Source of the DNA: a virus
Lineage: Duplodnaviria > Heunggongvirae > Uroviricota > Caudoviricetes
Reading direction: 5' to 3' (one strand)
DNA length: 40,950 bases
IMG/VR virus record: IMGVR_UViG_3300034122_001045
Part shown: in pieces, positions 17,649 to 27,126 of the stretch
How positions within the stretch are numbered: the first letter of the stretch is position 1
How the letters are laid out: each line of letters starts with the position of its first letter
Notes under the pieces: model-generated
Told to the model about the DNA's origin: nothing
The model's input: the letters and a program-made list of their open reading frames with translations, nothing else
The model's database searches: none
Position numbers and translations under genes: made by a program

Positions 17649-20600
17649 TAGTTATCTCTCTTTATGTTTTCGATATCGGCTTTTAGTCTCTTAACTGCTT
17701 CTATTAAGATCGCAATAAGTGGAGTATATGCAACCGTCTTCCAACCGTTTCCGTTTGTTTTCACGAGTTCTGGCATTATCTTTTCAAGTTCCTGCGCAAT
17801 CACACCGTAACTCTTAGTTTTGTTATCTTTCCAATCGAAACTATATGTATTTATTCTTTCTAGAATATCAAAGCTGTTATCAATAGACATAAAGTTTTCT
17901 TTAAACGTTTCGTCTGAAAGCGAGTTGAAGTTAGTCGCCGAGAGATCACCGGTCGAAGGATTGAAATACAGTTTAGTTGTAGAAACTTCTGCCGTTTGAT
18001 TCGATCCAGCCGCTGCTACGAATACTGGGTAATGAGTCGCATTAGTGGTGGTATCGTCAGACGCGTTAATCGTAGTAGACGGTCCTGATGTACCTTGGAT
18101 ACCTTGAACACCCTGTGAACCTGTTCCGCCAATACCTTGAGAGCCAACCCCTTGAATACCTTGAATGCCTTGAGTACCCTGAGTACCCTGAGTACCCTGA
18201 AGACCTTGTGTACCCCGAGTACCCTGAAGACCCTGTGTCCCTTGAGTTCCCTGAAGACCTTGAGTACCCTGAGTACCCTGAAGACCTTGTGTACCCTGAG
18301 TACCCTGAAGACCCTGCGTTCCTTGAGTTCCTTGAGTTCCCTGAAGACCTTGAGATCCAGTCGTACCTTGGGTTCCTTGAGTACCTTGAATACCTTGAAT
18401 ACCTTGGAAACCTTGAGTTCCAGTTGTACCTTGTGTTCCCTGAGTTCCTTGAATACCTTGGAAACCTTGTCTACCTTGTAGGCCTTGAGATCCAGTCGTA
18501 CCTTGGGTTCCTTGAGTACCTTGAATACCTTGAATACCTTGGAGACCTTGGGATCCAGTTGTACCCTGAGTTCCTTGGGTACCTTGAATACCTTGGAAAC
18601 CTTGTCTACCTTGTAGGCCTTGAGTACCCTGCGTGCCCTGAGTCCCTTGTGTACCTTGTGTTCCCTGAGTTCCTTGAATACCTTGGAAACCTTGAGTTCC
18701 AGTTGTACCTTGAATACCTTGAATACCCTGCGGGCCATATGCATACAATGCAGCTGTAAAATATGTGCCGTTTGCACTGCTATTAATGTTCTGAGAAGTT
18801 GTATTTCCAGTAAATGCAGTAACTTCGACATAATCTGTTGTACCGTTAAAATATGCAATAGTGGAAAATGTCATTGCATAACCAGAACCAGTCATGATTT
18901 GATCTTGACTAATTGCTAGCTGCGTAGTTCCATTTTTTCTAAGTTGGATATTGTTTTGATTATTAGTTACTGCGCCAGCATCCCACCAAACCTGAGCAGT
19001 AATATTGTAATAACCGGCAACAGTTGGTTGGAACCTATTTGAAGCGAACCAATTCTGTGGATCAAAATCATCTGAAAATGTAACAACTGTATCGGCGCCG
19101 TTGGTGACAGTTTGTGCTATGTCTTTAACTGCACGAACTACATAACTACCGGGTGTAAGCAAACCGCCATCAAATCCTTGTACACCCTGTCTACCCTGTA
19201 GACCTTGAGTTCCCTGAGGACCCTGTAGACCTTGAGTTCCCTGAGTACCCTGTAGACCTTGAGTACCTTGAGTTCCCTGCGTTCCTTGTGTTCCTTGAAG
19301 ACCTTGAGTACCTTGAGTTCCCTGAAGACCTTGAGTGCCTTGAGTTCCCTGCGTTCCTTGTGTTCCTTGAAGACCTTGAGTGCCTTGAGTTCCCTGAAGA
19401 CCTTGAGTGCCTTGAGTTCCCTGAAGACCTTGAGTACCTTGTCTACCTTGGAGTCCTTGAGGACCCTGTACACCTTGAGTGCCTTGAGTTCCCTGAAGAC
19501 CTTGAGTACCTTGTCTACCTTGGAGTCCTTGAGGACCCTGTACACCTTGAATACCTTGAACACCAATTGCAGTAAATATTTCCCAAGTAGAGCCATCATA
19601 AGCAAATTCTACAGAGAAACCTTTCACATCCATTGCAACGTCGTCTGAAACTCCTTCGATTGTGCTTCCGTTTCTTCCAACCGTAAGGTTGGTGGCCGCC
19701 CAGTCGGCTGGATCTGCAATAATTACAAAATCGCCTGTAGAAGGAGCAGCCGGAAGATTAATTGTGAATGTTCCCCCAGAAGTGTCTGCTAGAATTCTGT
19801 CTCCGGAAACTGCGGTGTATGTAGTTGTTTTTACTAACCAATTATTAAAACCACCATCCAGACCTTGTAATCCTTGAACACCAGTTCCTTGAAGACCCTG
19901 TGTCCCTTGAGTGCCCTGAGTTCCTTGAAGACCCTGTGTCCCTTGAGTGCCCTGAGTTCCTTGAAGACCTTGGGTTCCTTGAGTACCCTGAGTACCCTGA
20001 AGACCTTGGGTTCCTTGTGTTCCTTGAGTACCCTGAGTACCCTGAAGACCTTGGGTTCCTTGTGTTCCTTGAGTTCCTTGAGTACCCTGAAGCCCTTGGG
20101 TTCCCTGAGTTCCTTGCGTACCTTGAGTTCCCTGAGTTCCTTGCGTACCTTGTGTGCCCTGAAGACCTTGAGTGCCCTGAGTTCCTTGTATACCTTGAGT
20201 TCCTTGAGTTCCTTGAGTACCCTGAAGACCCTGTGTTCCCTGAGTTCCCTGAGTTCCTTGAGTACCTTGAGTTCCTTGAGTACCTTGAGTTCCTTGAGTA
20301 CCCTGAAGACCCTGCTCGCCTTGAAGACCTTGAGTGCCTTGTGTACCCTGAGTACCCTGAGTACCTTGAGTACCCTGAAGACCCTGAGTACCTTGAGTAC
20401 CTTGAGTACCTTGAGTACCCTGAAGACCCTGTGTTCCCTGAGTTCCCTGAGTACCCTGAAGACCCTGTGTTCCCTGAAGACCCTGTGTTCCCTGAGTACC
20501 TTGAGTACCCTGAGTACCTTGAGTACCCTGAAGACCCTGTGTTCCCTGAAGACCCTGTGTTCCCTGAGTACCTTGAGTACCCTGAGTACCTTGAGTACCC

Positions 20601-23600
20601 TGAAGACCCTGAGTACCCTGAAGACCCTGAGTACCCTGCGGGCCTTGTAGGTTTGTTGGAGATCCAACCCATTCACCGCTCGAATTAATTACTGGCCCAA
20701 CACTTTGGATAGTGACTCCGCTTACTACGATGTTAGCGGTGTTGTCTATAGAGAATTCTACACCATTAAGTTCTAATCCAGCCCCTGCTTTATAAATCTG
20801 AGAAGAACTTATCTGAGAGAAGTTTATACCCGTGCTTCCAAAAACGATAGTGCCTTCAGTCGTCATCACGTAAAGTTGACCAGCCCCAGTGTCACCTTCA
20901 AGAACATAGAATGCGTCACCTTTTCCTAGGTTACCAGGACTGCTTGGACTATAAGAATCCGCATCCGTTGAACGAATAAGAACCCAAGCAGTGTTCGCAG
21001 ATCCAGTGTCTGAAACTGTATATACGCCGTTATGTGCAGTATTTGCTTGTTGATATAATAAGACACGATCATCAATATCTAAAGTAATGCCATCTATGAT
21101 AAGAGTTGCTTGTGTTCCGACATTCGTAAGAGTTGCACCTACACCAGAAGTACCATTATCATATGCAGCATTAAGATTTATCGGTGATTCAACTCTGACT
21201 GGATCGTGATAGTGTATAGCTGCAGATACAAGAGTATCTACATACTGTTTTGTGACAGCTTGTAGATTTCCCGTTGGATCTTGAGCGAGAGTTAAGAAAC
21301 CGCTAGTCATTGCGGTACTAACGTCCGATCTTAGGAATTGTAGACTGTCTAATCCATCGAGAGTAGCAGCATCACCTGCGGTAGAACCTTGAATACCTTG
21401 CAAGCCTTGATCACCTTGAAGCCCTTGCATGCCCTGTGGGCCTTGTGTTCCTTGGATACCTTGCTCGCCCTGAACACCCTGAAGTCCTTGTGAACCCTGG
21501 GTTCCCTGCGTACCTTGTGTTCCTTGAAGACCTTGCTCACCTTGTACCCCTTGAGTTCCCTGTGTTCCTTGAGTTCCTTGCGTACCTTGGATACCTTGCT
21601 CGCCCTGAACACCCTGAAGTCCTTGTGAACCCTGGGTTCCCTGCGTACCTTGTGTTCCTTGTGTTCCTTGTAGACCTTGTGTCCCCTGTGTACCTTGTGT
21701 TCCTTGAAGACCCTGGGTCCCTTGTGTTCCTTGAAGACCCTGAGTTCCTTGTAGAACAAACAGTTCCCATTCAGCAGTATTAACCGCAGGGTCCTGGTAA
21801 ACCGATGTGATGACTTGCTTTGATACATAAGTGTTACCATCAACTGGGCTTACAGCAACAGTATCTTTTACATAGCTAGCTTCTGTCCATAATCCAATGT
21901 AATTTAATACGAGCTCTATGCCTTGGAGTCCCTGTAGACCCTGTGTTCCTTGCTCACCCTGAAGACCTTGAGTACCTTGGGTTCCTTGTTCACCTTGAAG
22001 ACCCTGAGTACCTTGGGTTCCTTGTTCACCTTGAAGACCTTGCGTTCCTTGAGTACCCTGTGTCCCTTGAGTTCCTTGAGTTCCCTGAAGACCCTGCTCG
22101 CCTTGAAGACCTTGAGTGCCTTGGGTTCCTTGAGTTCCCTGAAGACCTTGGGTTCCTTGTGTACCCTGTGTCCCTTGAGTTCCTTGAGTTCCTTGAGTTC
22201 CCTGAAGACCCTGCTCGCCTTGAAGACCTTGAGTGCCTTGTGTACCCTGTGTCCCTTGAGTTCCTTGAGTTCCCTGAAGACCCTGCTCGCCTTGAAGACC
22301 TTGAGTGCCTTGGGTTCCTTGAAGACCTTGAGTGCCTTGGGTTCCTTGAGTACCTTGGGTTCCCTGAAGACCCTGCTCGCCTTGAAGACCTTGAGTGCCT
22401 TGGGTTCCTTGAAGACCTTGAGTGCCTTGGGTTCCTTGAGTACCTTGGGTTCCTTGTTCACCTTGAAGACCTTGCGTTCCTTGAGTACCCTGAAGACCTT
22501 GCGTTCCTTGCGTACCCTGAAGACCTTGCGTTCCTTGCGTACCCTGAAGACCCTGTGTCCCTTGAGTTCCCTGAATACCTTGAGTTCCTTGTGTACCCGT
22601 ACCCTGCGTCCCTTGAAGACCCTGCATGCCCTGGGCGCCTTCATCCCCATCTACTGCTGCAGTACCTTGTGTACCCTGAGAACCCTGAAGACCTTGTAAG
22701 CCCTGTGGGCTCTGTGTACCTTGAGTTCCCTGCTCTCCTTGTAGACCCTGAAGACCTTGAGTACCTTGTGTTCCTTGAGTACCCTGAAGACCTTGTTCGC
22801 CTTGGAGACCTTGGGTTCCCTGAGTTCCCTGAGTTCCTTGTGTACCCTGCGTCCCTTGAGTTCCTTGCTCGCCTTGAAGACCTTGGGTGCCTTGGGTTCC
22901 CTGAGTTCCTTGCGTCCCTTGAGTTCCTTGGGTGCCTTGGGTGCCTTGCGTCCCTTGAGTTCCTTGCTCGCCTTGAAGACCTTGGGTGCCTTGCGTCCCT
23001 TGCGTCCCTTGAGTTCCCTGAAGACCTTGCGTTCCCTGCGTCCCTTGTTCGCCTTGAAGACCTTGCGTTCCCTGAGTTCCCTGAGTTCCTTGCGTTCCTT
23101 GAGTACCTTGGGTTCCCTGAAGACCCTGTGTCCCTTGAGTTCCCTGAATACCTTGAGTTCCTTGCGTACCCTGAACACCCTGAAGACCAGTGTCACCGAT
23201 GTCACCTGTACGAGCAAACGTGATGATAACATCTTCATTATTATTGAATGAAGAAACAGAACCGGATACATAAGATCCGTCCACTGTGAAGTAACCAGTT
23301 TCTTCTGTTATTGAAGATATCGTGAATAACACGAAACGAGAAGAATTAGTGCGGTTTGATACTCTAAAGTGACCCTTAATAGTAGATGTAGAGTCGTCTA
23401 TCGTTCTTAAGAAACTTTGTATGTCTGTACTGTTATCATCCGCGTCATCGATGTACATACTAAGAGCGGTAGTGATATCGGTGTTGCTAAATTTAAGTTT
23501 TCCAACTCCAGGATCGGTTGCATCTACAGAATTGCTAAAGGTGTAATCAAATGAAGCGCCGCCAAAGTTTCCGTCAATACCCTGAGTACCCTGTGAACCC

Positions 23601-23926
23601 TGAGTACCTTGAGAACCCTGTGCACCTTGAATACCTTGAAAACCTAGAGAACCCTGCAGACCTTGAGTTCCTTGAGAACCCTGTGTTCCTTGAAAACCCT
23701 GTAGACCTTGACGCCCTTGGAGACCTTGTGTACCTTGGATCCCTTGAACTACGCTAGTATCAAGCCAAAAACGATTACCCTCTTCGTCTGAAGCAAGCAC
23801 ATAGTTATTTCCGGCTGGAACTCCAAGATCTGGTTCCGCATCAGAAAGTTTCAGATACCTGTATCTATCTGGAGACGCTTGAGTCGATGGCGTCTTTTTT
23901 ACTTTACCTGATAAAAATTCTGTCAT
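17648..23926 (-). CDS. Collagen-like tail fibre (2092 aa) with interspersed globular domains, a C1q-like domain and a C-terminal Peptidase_S74 intramolecular chaperone
   Basis: Hundreds of G-[TLIEFRSV]-Q triplets in several blocks; AATLDGLDSLQFLRSD fibre motif; C1q-like VTFSDDFDPQNWFASNRFQPTVAGYYNITAQVWW...IQLRKNG; S74 autocleavage motif SDETFK, then GVIAQELEKIMPELV and LIEAVKRL. Confidence 0.9.
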   Translation of the reverse strand: MTEFLSGKVKKTPSTQASPDRYRYLKLSDAEPDLGVPAGNNYVLASDEEGNRFWLDTSVVQGIQGTQGLQGRQGLQGFQGTQGSQGTQGLQGSLGFQGIQGAQGSQGTQGSQGTQGIDGNFGGASFDYTFSNSVDATDPGVGKLKFSNTDITTALSMYIDDADDNSTDIQSFLRTIDDSTSTIKGHFRVSNRTNSSRFVLFTISSITEETGYFTVDGSYVSGSVSSFNNNEDVIITFARTGDIGDTGLQGVQGTQGTQGIQGTQGTQGLQGTQGTQGTQGTQGTQGTQGLQGEQGTQGTQGLQGTQGTQGTQGTQGLQGEQGTQGTQGTQGTQGTQGTQGTQGTQGTQGLQGEQGTQGTQGTQGTQGTQGTQGLQGEQGLQGTQGTQGTQGLQGLQGEQGTQGTQSPQGLQGLQGSQGTQGTAAVDGDEGAQGMQGLQGTQGTGTQGTQGIQGTQGTQGLQGTQGTQGLQGTQGTQGLQGTQGTQGLQGEQGTQGTQGTQGTQGLQGTQGTQGLQGEQGLQGTQGTQGTQGTQGLQGTQGTQGLQGEQGLQGTQGTQGTQGTQGTQGLQGEQGLQGTQGTQGTQGTQGTQGTQGLQGTQGTQGTQGLQGEQGLQGTQGTQGTQGTQGTQGLQGEQGTQGTQGLQGEQGTQGTQGLQGEQGTQGLQGLQGIELVLNYIGLWTEASYVKDTVAVSPVDGNTYVSKQVITSVYQDPAVNTAEWELFVLQGTQGLQGTQGTQGLQGTQGTQGTQGLQGTQGTQGTQGTQGSQGLQGVQGEQGIQGTQGTQGTQGTQGVQGEQGLQGTQGTQGTQGSQGLQGVQGEQGIQGTQGPQGMQGLQGDQGLQGIQGSTAGDAATLDGLDSLQFLRSDVSTAMTSGFLTLAQDPTGNLQAVTKQYVDTLVSAAIHYHDPVRVESPINLNAAYDNGTSGVGATLTNVGTQATLIIDGITLDIDDRVLLYQQANTAHNGVYTVSDTGSANTAWVLIRSTDADSYSPSSPGNLGKGDAFYVLEGDTGAGQLYVMTTEGTIVFGSTGINFSQISSSQIYKAGAGLELNGVEFSIDNTANIVVSGVTIQSVGPVINSSGEWVGSPTNLQGPQGTQGLQGTQGLQGTQGTQGTQGTQGTQGLQGTQGLQGTQGTQGTQGTQGTQGLQGTQGLQGTQGTQGTQGLQGTQGTQGTQGTQGLQGTQGTQGTQGTQGTQGLQGEQGLQGTQGTQGTQGTQGTQGTQGTQGTQGLQGTQGTQGTQGIQGTQGTQGLQGTQGTQGTQGTQGTQGTQGTQGLQGTQGTQGTQGTQGLQGTQGTQGTQGTQGLQGTQGTQGTQGLQGTQGTQGTQGLQGTQGTQGTQGLQGTGVQGLQGLDGGFNNWLVKTTTYTAVSGDRILADTSGGTFTINLPAAPSTGDFVIIADPADWAATNLTVGRNGSTIEGVSDDVAMDVKGFSVEFAYDGSTWEIFTAIGVQGIQGVQGPQGLQGRQGTQGLQGTQGTQGVQGPQGLQGRQGTQGLQGTQGTQGLQGTQGTQGLQGTQGTQGTQGTQGLQGTQGTQGLQGTQGTQGTQGTQGLQGTQGTQGLQGPQGTQGLQGRQGVQGFDGGLLTPGSYVVRAVKDIAQTVTNGADTVVTFSDDFDPQNWFASNRFQPTVAGYYNITAQVWWDAGAVTNNQNNIQLRKNGTTQLAISQDQIMTGSGYAMTFSTIAYFNGTTDYVEVTAFTGNTTSQNINSSANGTYFTAALYAYGPQGIQGIQGTTGTQGFQGIQGTQGTQGTQGTQGTQGTQGLQGRQGFQGIQGTQGTQGTTGSQGLQGIQGIQGTQGTQGTTGSQGLQGRQGFQGIQGTQGTQGTTGTQGFQGIQGIQGTQGTQGTTGSQGLQGTQGTQGTQGLQGTQGTQGLQGTQGTQGLQGTQGTQGLQGTRGTQGLQGTQGTQGTQGIQGIQGVGSQGIGGTGSQGVQGIQGTSGPSTTINASDDTTTNATHYPVFVAAAGSNQTAEVSTTKLYFNPSTGDLSATNFNSLSDETFKENFMSIDNSFDILERINTYSFDWKDNKTKSYGVIAQELEKIMPELVKTNGNGWKTVAYTPLIAILIEAVKRLKADIENIKRDN
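18085..23750 (-). repeat. Gly-X-Gln 9-nt tandem triplet arrays (approximately 18085-18735, 19180-19560, 19865-20645, 21380-21755, 21920-23195, 23580-23750)
   Basis: Plus-strand periodic ccttgagta/ccctgaaga/ccttgtgtt units; synonymous variation at third positions; several exact 40-70 nt higher-order duplications. Confidence 0.95.
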
Positions 23927-23931
23927 CTATC

Positions 23932-24399
23932 TTACACCACACCACTGTGTTCGCTCGACAGTCTTTCTTCGGCTGCCGACCAAACATCAAATATTCCATT
24001 TATTTCGCTTCTAACTTGTAACGTATCTCCAGTTGCATTGTTAGCAACTCTTTTAAACAAACTTCTACCTTGAATAGGAATAAAAGCAGTATCACCAGCA
24101 GGAACCTCAAGTTTTCCAAGCTCTATCGTATCATTATCTTCGGTTACAAGGATGATTTCTATCCATCTATCGTTCGATGTGTCTTTATTTTTTGCAGCTA
24201 GCGGCGTAAGAAAAAAGATCTCTCCTGGTCTTATAGCACGAGCCTCGTCCGTAGGATCCCTTTCGGCAAACTTAATAGATGCGTCTGGAACAGAAAAGTC
24301 TGGAGCTTCTGCAATTACTTCAAACGTGTTTGACACACTTTCTTTTGCTATTCTTAATGGCTTACCCGTTGACGGTGTTCTGCATGTAATACGTGCCAT
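23932..24399 (-). CDS. Hypothetical virion-associated protein (155 aa)
   Basis: Clean ORF packed between fibre genes (2- and 5-nt gaps); no motif recognised. Confidence 0.6.
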   Translation of the reverse strand: MARITCRTPSTGKPLRIAKESVSNTFEVIAEAPDFSVPDASIKFAERDPTDEARAIRPGEIFFLTPLAAKNKDTSNDRWIEIILVTEDNDTIELGKLEVPAGDTAFIPIQGRSLFKRVANNATGDTLQVRSEINGIFDVWSAAEERLSSEHSGVV

Positions 24400-24401
24400 G
24401 A

Positions 24402-26021
24402 TTAAAAACTCCTTGCGATTGCAGCTCTAGTAGCAATTCTATTAACTGATTGTTCAAACGGAGGACCAGTAAGTTCTCCAGTATCGGCATCGATCTTCAT
24501 ACCGCCAATGAAGAGCGCCGAACCCTGATCATCCTGGCCAGATGCAATAACCACTCCGTTGTTTAATTCGAGTATACTTTCTTCGATCGTCGAAAAATTT
24601 CTTGCTGGTGGTATTTTAGTAAGAGCGACTCCGGCCATAAGAGCGGTCCAAGTATGACTGATGGCAGTGATCGTAGACGGTTCCGTAACTGTTTCTGTAT
24701 TTTGAATTGTATTCAATAATGCAGTGATTAGATTTGTAACTATCGTGTCAGACGCAGAGTTGACATTAGGAAGCGCAATAATAGTGTCTCTTATAAATTG
24801 AAACATATATATAAGAGCGGCTTCTCTCGAAGGATCGTAGACTTTTTCCGATATAGTGTTAAATAAGCCCTTAGCAAAATCTAGCATCGGCTTTTCGTTC
24901 GCCGTTTGTAAAACCCATATTATGGACTGTATTAGAGTCGTAGCTTCTCTTCTAAAATATATTTCATCTTGAGAGTTCCAACCGGTTGTGTAATCTTCTG
25001 CAACAAGATCGTCCCATGCGTCTTCTACGATAGAAGCCTTTATGGAGTTTACTGCAGTCGACGCCGTTGTTTGAACGGAAAGAGAACCCTCGGCTACTTC
25101 TGTTGGAACCACAATCTGCCTAGATCCATCTGCGACCATAGTAAAGTCGCCAAATTGCGTTGAACACGAAGACAGAATGATTTGACCGCCGTCAAGAGCA
25201 AGAAAGTGTTTATGAGACCACATACTAATCGCATTTACGGCGTTAATAAGACCACCGTTCTTTGCGACGTATCCAATACCATTGTGCGAAACAGGAGTTG
25301 CACCCCACGCCATGATGTTTGGATATATGCTATATTTAGAACAGACGGCGCCGTCTGCGAGTATAACTCCAGCGCCACGACCAATAAGAGGGTTCTGATT
25401 CTCTCTATCGAGAGGAGGCGCAACCGTGTCCCAGAACGGAGTAGTTCTCACAACAACCTTATGAATATAAGGAGCTCTTCTTATTACCGCGTCTTGTCTA
25501 AAGCAGAAAGCAAAACCTTCCGTTGGATCATCTAGACTGTCAAGTCTCCAATTGTCAAACATTAGACCTTCTACGAAGCATCCTGATCCAAGACGAAAAA
25601 CATTTCTTTCTTCAAAACCAGTTTCCGGTCTTATGATAGCACTTCTATGCGCCGAACGTATGATTACATCGTCTGGTACATCTATATGACCTTCCGTTGT
25701 GTACTCACCCGGCCCTATCTCAATAAGAGTAATCTCGCCTACACGATCCCAGGCTGCATCTACAGCTTGTTCTATCGTTGCGAACGCGCTATCCCATGAT
25801 GTTCCGCTATTTGAGTCGTTACCATTCTTTTGAACGTATACAACATTTCTAACAGGATTATTAGCAAGAAACGTTATAATCGCTTCGTCATTACCCTGCT
25901 TTCTCTTAAGAAAGAGATTACCATCAAAGGTGTTAATCGCAAGTTCGCCTAGCTCAAGATCGGATACTGTTGGTACTCTATCCGATACAGAGCTTCTCTT
26001 ATGTTTTATTGTAGTGGCCAT
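24402..26021 (-). CDS. Fibre/tailspike-like protein with a putative right-handed beta-helix (539 aa)
   Basis: N-terminal fibre motif IKHKRSSVSDRVPTVSDLELGELAINTFDGNLF; VVYVQKNGNDSNSGTSWDSAFATIEQA and IEIGPGEYT are typical of pectin-lyase-like beta-helix starts. Confidence 0.65.
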   Translation of the reverse strand: MATTIKHKRSSVSDRVPTVSDLELGELAINTFDGNLFLKRKQGNDEAIITFLANNPVRNVVYVQKNGNDSNSGTSWDSAFATIEQAVDAAWDRVGEITLIEIGPGEYTTEGHIDVPDDVIIRSAHRSAIIRPETGFEERNVFRLGSGCFVEGLMFDNWRLDSLDDPTEGFAFCFRQDAVIRRAPYIHKVVVRTTPFWDTVAPPLDRENQNPLIGRGAGVILADGAVCSKYSIYPNIMAWGATPVSHNGIGYVAKNGGLINAVNAISMWSHKHFLALDGGQIILSSCSTQFGDFTMVADGSRQIVVPTEVAEGSLSVQTTASTAVNSIKASIVEDAWDDLVAEDYTTGWNSQDEIYFRREATTLIQSIIWVLQTANEKPMLDFAKGLFNTISEKVYDPSREAALIYMFQFIRDTIIALPNVNSASDTIVTNLITALLNTIQNTETVTEPSTITAISHTWTALMAGVALTKIPPARNFSTIEESILELNNGVVIASGQDDQGSALFIGGMKIDADTGELTGPPFEQSVNRIATRAAIARSF

Positions 26022-26057
26022 TCTATTCTTCGACTCTTTTCGTTTGGTCGTTTTCTT

Positions 26058-26065
26058 TATTTATT
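26058..26065 (-). promoter_or_regulatory. Near-consensus late promoter AATAAATA upstream of the 539-aa fibre gene
   Basis: TAAATAAATAAA on the minus strand in the 47-nt intergenic gap. Confidence 0.4.
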
Positions 26066-26068
26066 TAC

Positions 26069-26377
26069 TTAGTATGTGCCGCCGTCAATGACTTGCGCGT
26101 TAAGTATATTTGTTGCGATAAACGTCTGTGATGAGGAGTTGTAAACAAGAATTGCGCCGTTTACATTATTGTTTAGATTTACGTCCGCAAGATCCTCAAG
26201 TCTTCTTATTACGAGGTTCGATTGGTTTGTAAATATCTTTGGGCGTTCTGTTCCAACTGGAACTGTCGCTTGACCAACGATCACAGGCCCAGATTGGCTT
26301 GCGAATACTTTAACATTCTCGCGGCCAATTGGTATAGATGCTTGACCAACTGTTACGTTAATTCTTTCTCTTGCCAT
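26069..26377 (-). CDS. Small virion structural protein (102 aa)
   Basis: Duplicated VGQA(S/T)(I/V)P(I/V)G; LEDLADVN...GAILVYNSSSQTFIA...IDGGTY ending typical of T4-like fibre accessories. Confidence 0.6.
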   Translation of the reverse strand: MARERINVTVGQASIPIGRENVKVFASQSGPVIVGQATVPVGTERPKIFTNQSNLVIRRLEDLADVNLNNNVNGAILVYNSSSQTFIATNILNAQVIDGGTY

Positions 26378-26380
26378 CTA

Positions 26381-26719
26381 TTATAACCTCGTGACAGTTG
26401 GAAGAATAAACATAAGACCCTCTAAAACTTTTGTCCTAGACCCACTTAGATCCACCATGAGTATATCATATGTATATTTTCCAGGATCAAGATCTTCTGT
26501 GGTTTCTGGAGGAATGTATAACTCTATCATACTCGTATTTGCGTTGACGTGAGTCGTGATCTCTGCGTTTGCTACCGCAGATGAAGCGTACAACTTCTTA
26601 ATATTACAGTAGAAAGACTTATTCGAAACGCTGTAATCCGCGCCTTCGTTAGTCGTTAGATATAGGTCGATTGAATAATCAACACCTTGGTCTACATACA
26701 AGTTTGCGCGAGTTGCCAT
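26381..26719 (-). CDS. Small Ig-like/BppU-N-like virion structural protein
   Basis: The likely start is the ATG at 26719 (GGAG SD); MATRANLYVDQGVDYSIDL and LDPGKYTYDILM...KVLEG; preceded by a late promoter. Confidence 0.65.
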   Translation of the reverse strand: MATRANLYVDQGVDYSIDLYLTTNEGADYSVSNKSFYCNIKKLYASSAVANAEITTHVNANTSMIELYIPPETTEDLDPGKYTYDILMVDLSGSRTKVLEGLMFILPTVTRL

Positions 26720-26743
26720 GTATTCTATCTCCACTTTTGTTTC

Positions 26744-26751
26744 TATTTATA
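26744..26751 (-). promoter_or_regulatory. T4-type late promoter TATAAATA
   Basis: Exact match on the minus strand 25 nt upstream of the ATG at 26719. Confidence 0.85.
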
Positions 26752-26774
26752 AAAAGAGGGACTATTCGTCCCTC
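26751..26774 (-). terminator. Intrinsic terminator
   Basis: Minus strand GAGGGAC-GAATA-GTCCCTC-TTTTT, with the U-tract merging into TATAAATA. Confidence 0.8.
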
Positions 26775-26810
26775 TCAATTCTAAATCACAATGTAGAAGT
26801 GGAAGAAACT

Positions 26811-27110
26811 TTAGTCTTCTTCGTCTGGCTCGACTGGTATGAATGATATGCATATTCTCTGATAGACGTCCAGCATTTCTACCTTTGGCTTTGTCATCAT
26901 AACAATGCTACTTTTATTAAGTTCAACGATTGCTTCTGCAGACAGAATCTGCCAAGGCACGTATCTAAAAACTGGCATGCTTTCTGCATTAAACTTGTAT
27001 TCAACAGACATAGGATTGATTAGTTCTATCGTCTTGCTGGTCTCAGATTTTACTTCTGCTATATAAGTCTTATCATTTTGTAAAAAAATAAGTTTGTAGT
27101 CACCTTTCAT
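26811..27110 (-). CDS. Hypothetical small beta-rich (possibly Sm-like) protein
   Basis: The likely start is the ATG at 27110 after GAGGAG; MKGDYKLIFLQNDKTYIAEV...LINPMSV...VPW. The fold is a guess. Confidence 0.55.
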   Translation of the reverse strand: MKGDYKLIFLQNDKTYIAEVKSETSKTIELINPMSVEYKFNAESMPVFRYVPWQILSAEAIVELNKSSIVMMTKPKVEMLDVYQRICISFIPVEPDEED

Positions 27111-27126
27111 CTTCACTCTCCTCATA

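Noticed and set aside
18088-23251. Long plus-strand ORFs (YPEYLE- and LSTL-repeat proteins, up to 426 aa) antisense to the collagen gene
   Set aside because: They are the expected stop-free reverse frames of the CAA-GGT-ACT repeat, begin and end at the repeat block boundaries, and lack convincing RBS or promoters.
18016-23271. Same-strand alternative-frame ORFs encoding cationic RVLKVFKE-like or SRYS-like repeats, considered as possible frameshift products
   Set aside because: They are mechanical consequences of the triplet repeat, are confined to the blocks, and I saw no slippery site with a stimulatory structure. Ribo-seq would be needed to revive the idea.
18085-23750. Possible CRISPR array or phage mini-array
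   Set aside because: The periodicity is 9 nt, in frame and coding, with no constant repeat separated by unique spacers.
17648-23926. Prolyl hydroxylation of the collagen fibre as the role of the 2OG oxygenases
   Set aside because: The Gly-X-Y blocks are almost devoid of Pro and have none in the Y position, so the GPG-rich Tyr-repeat protein or a glycan is a more plausible substrate.
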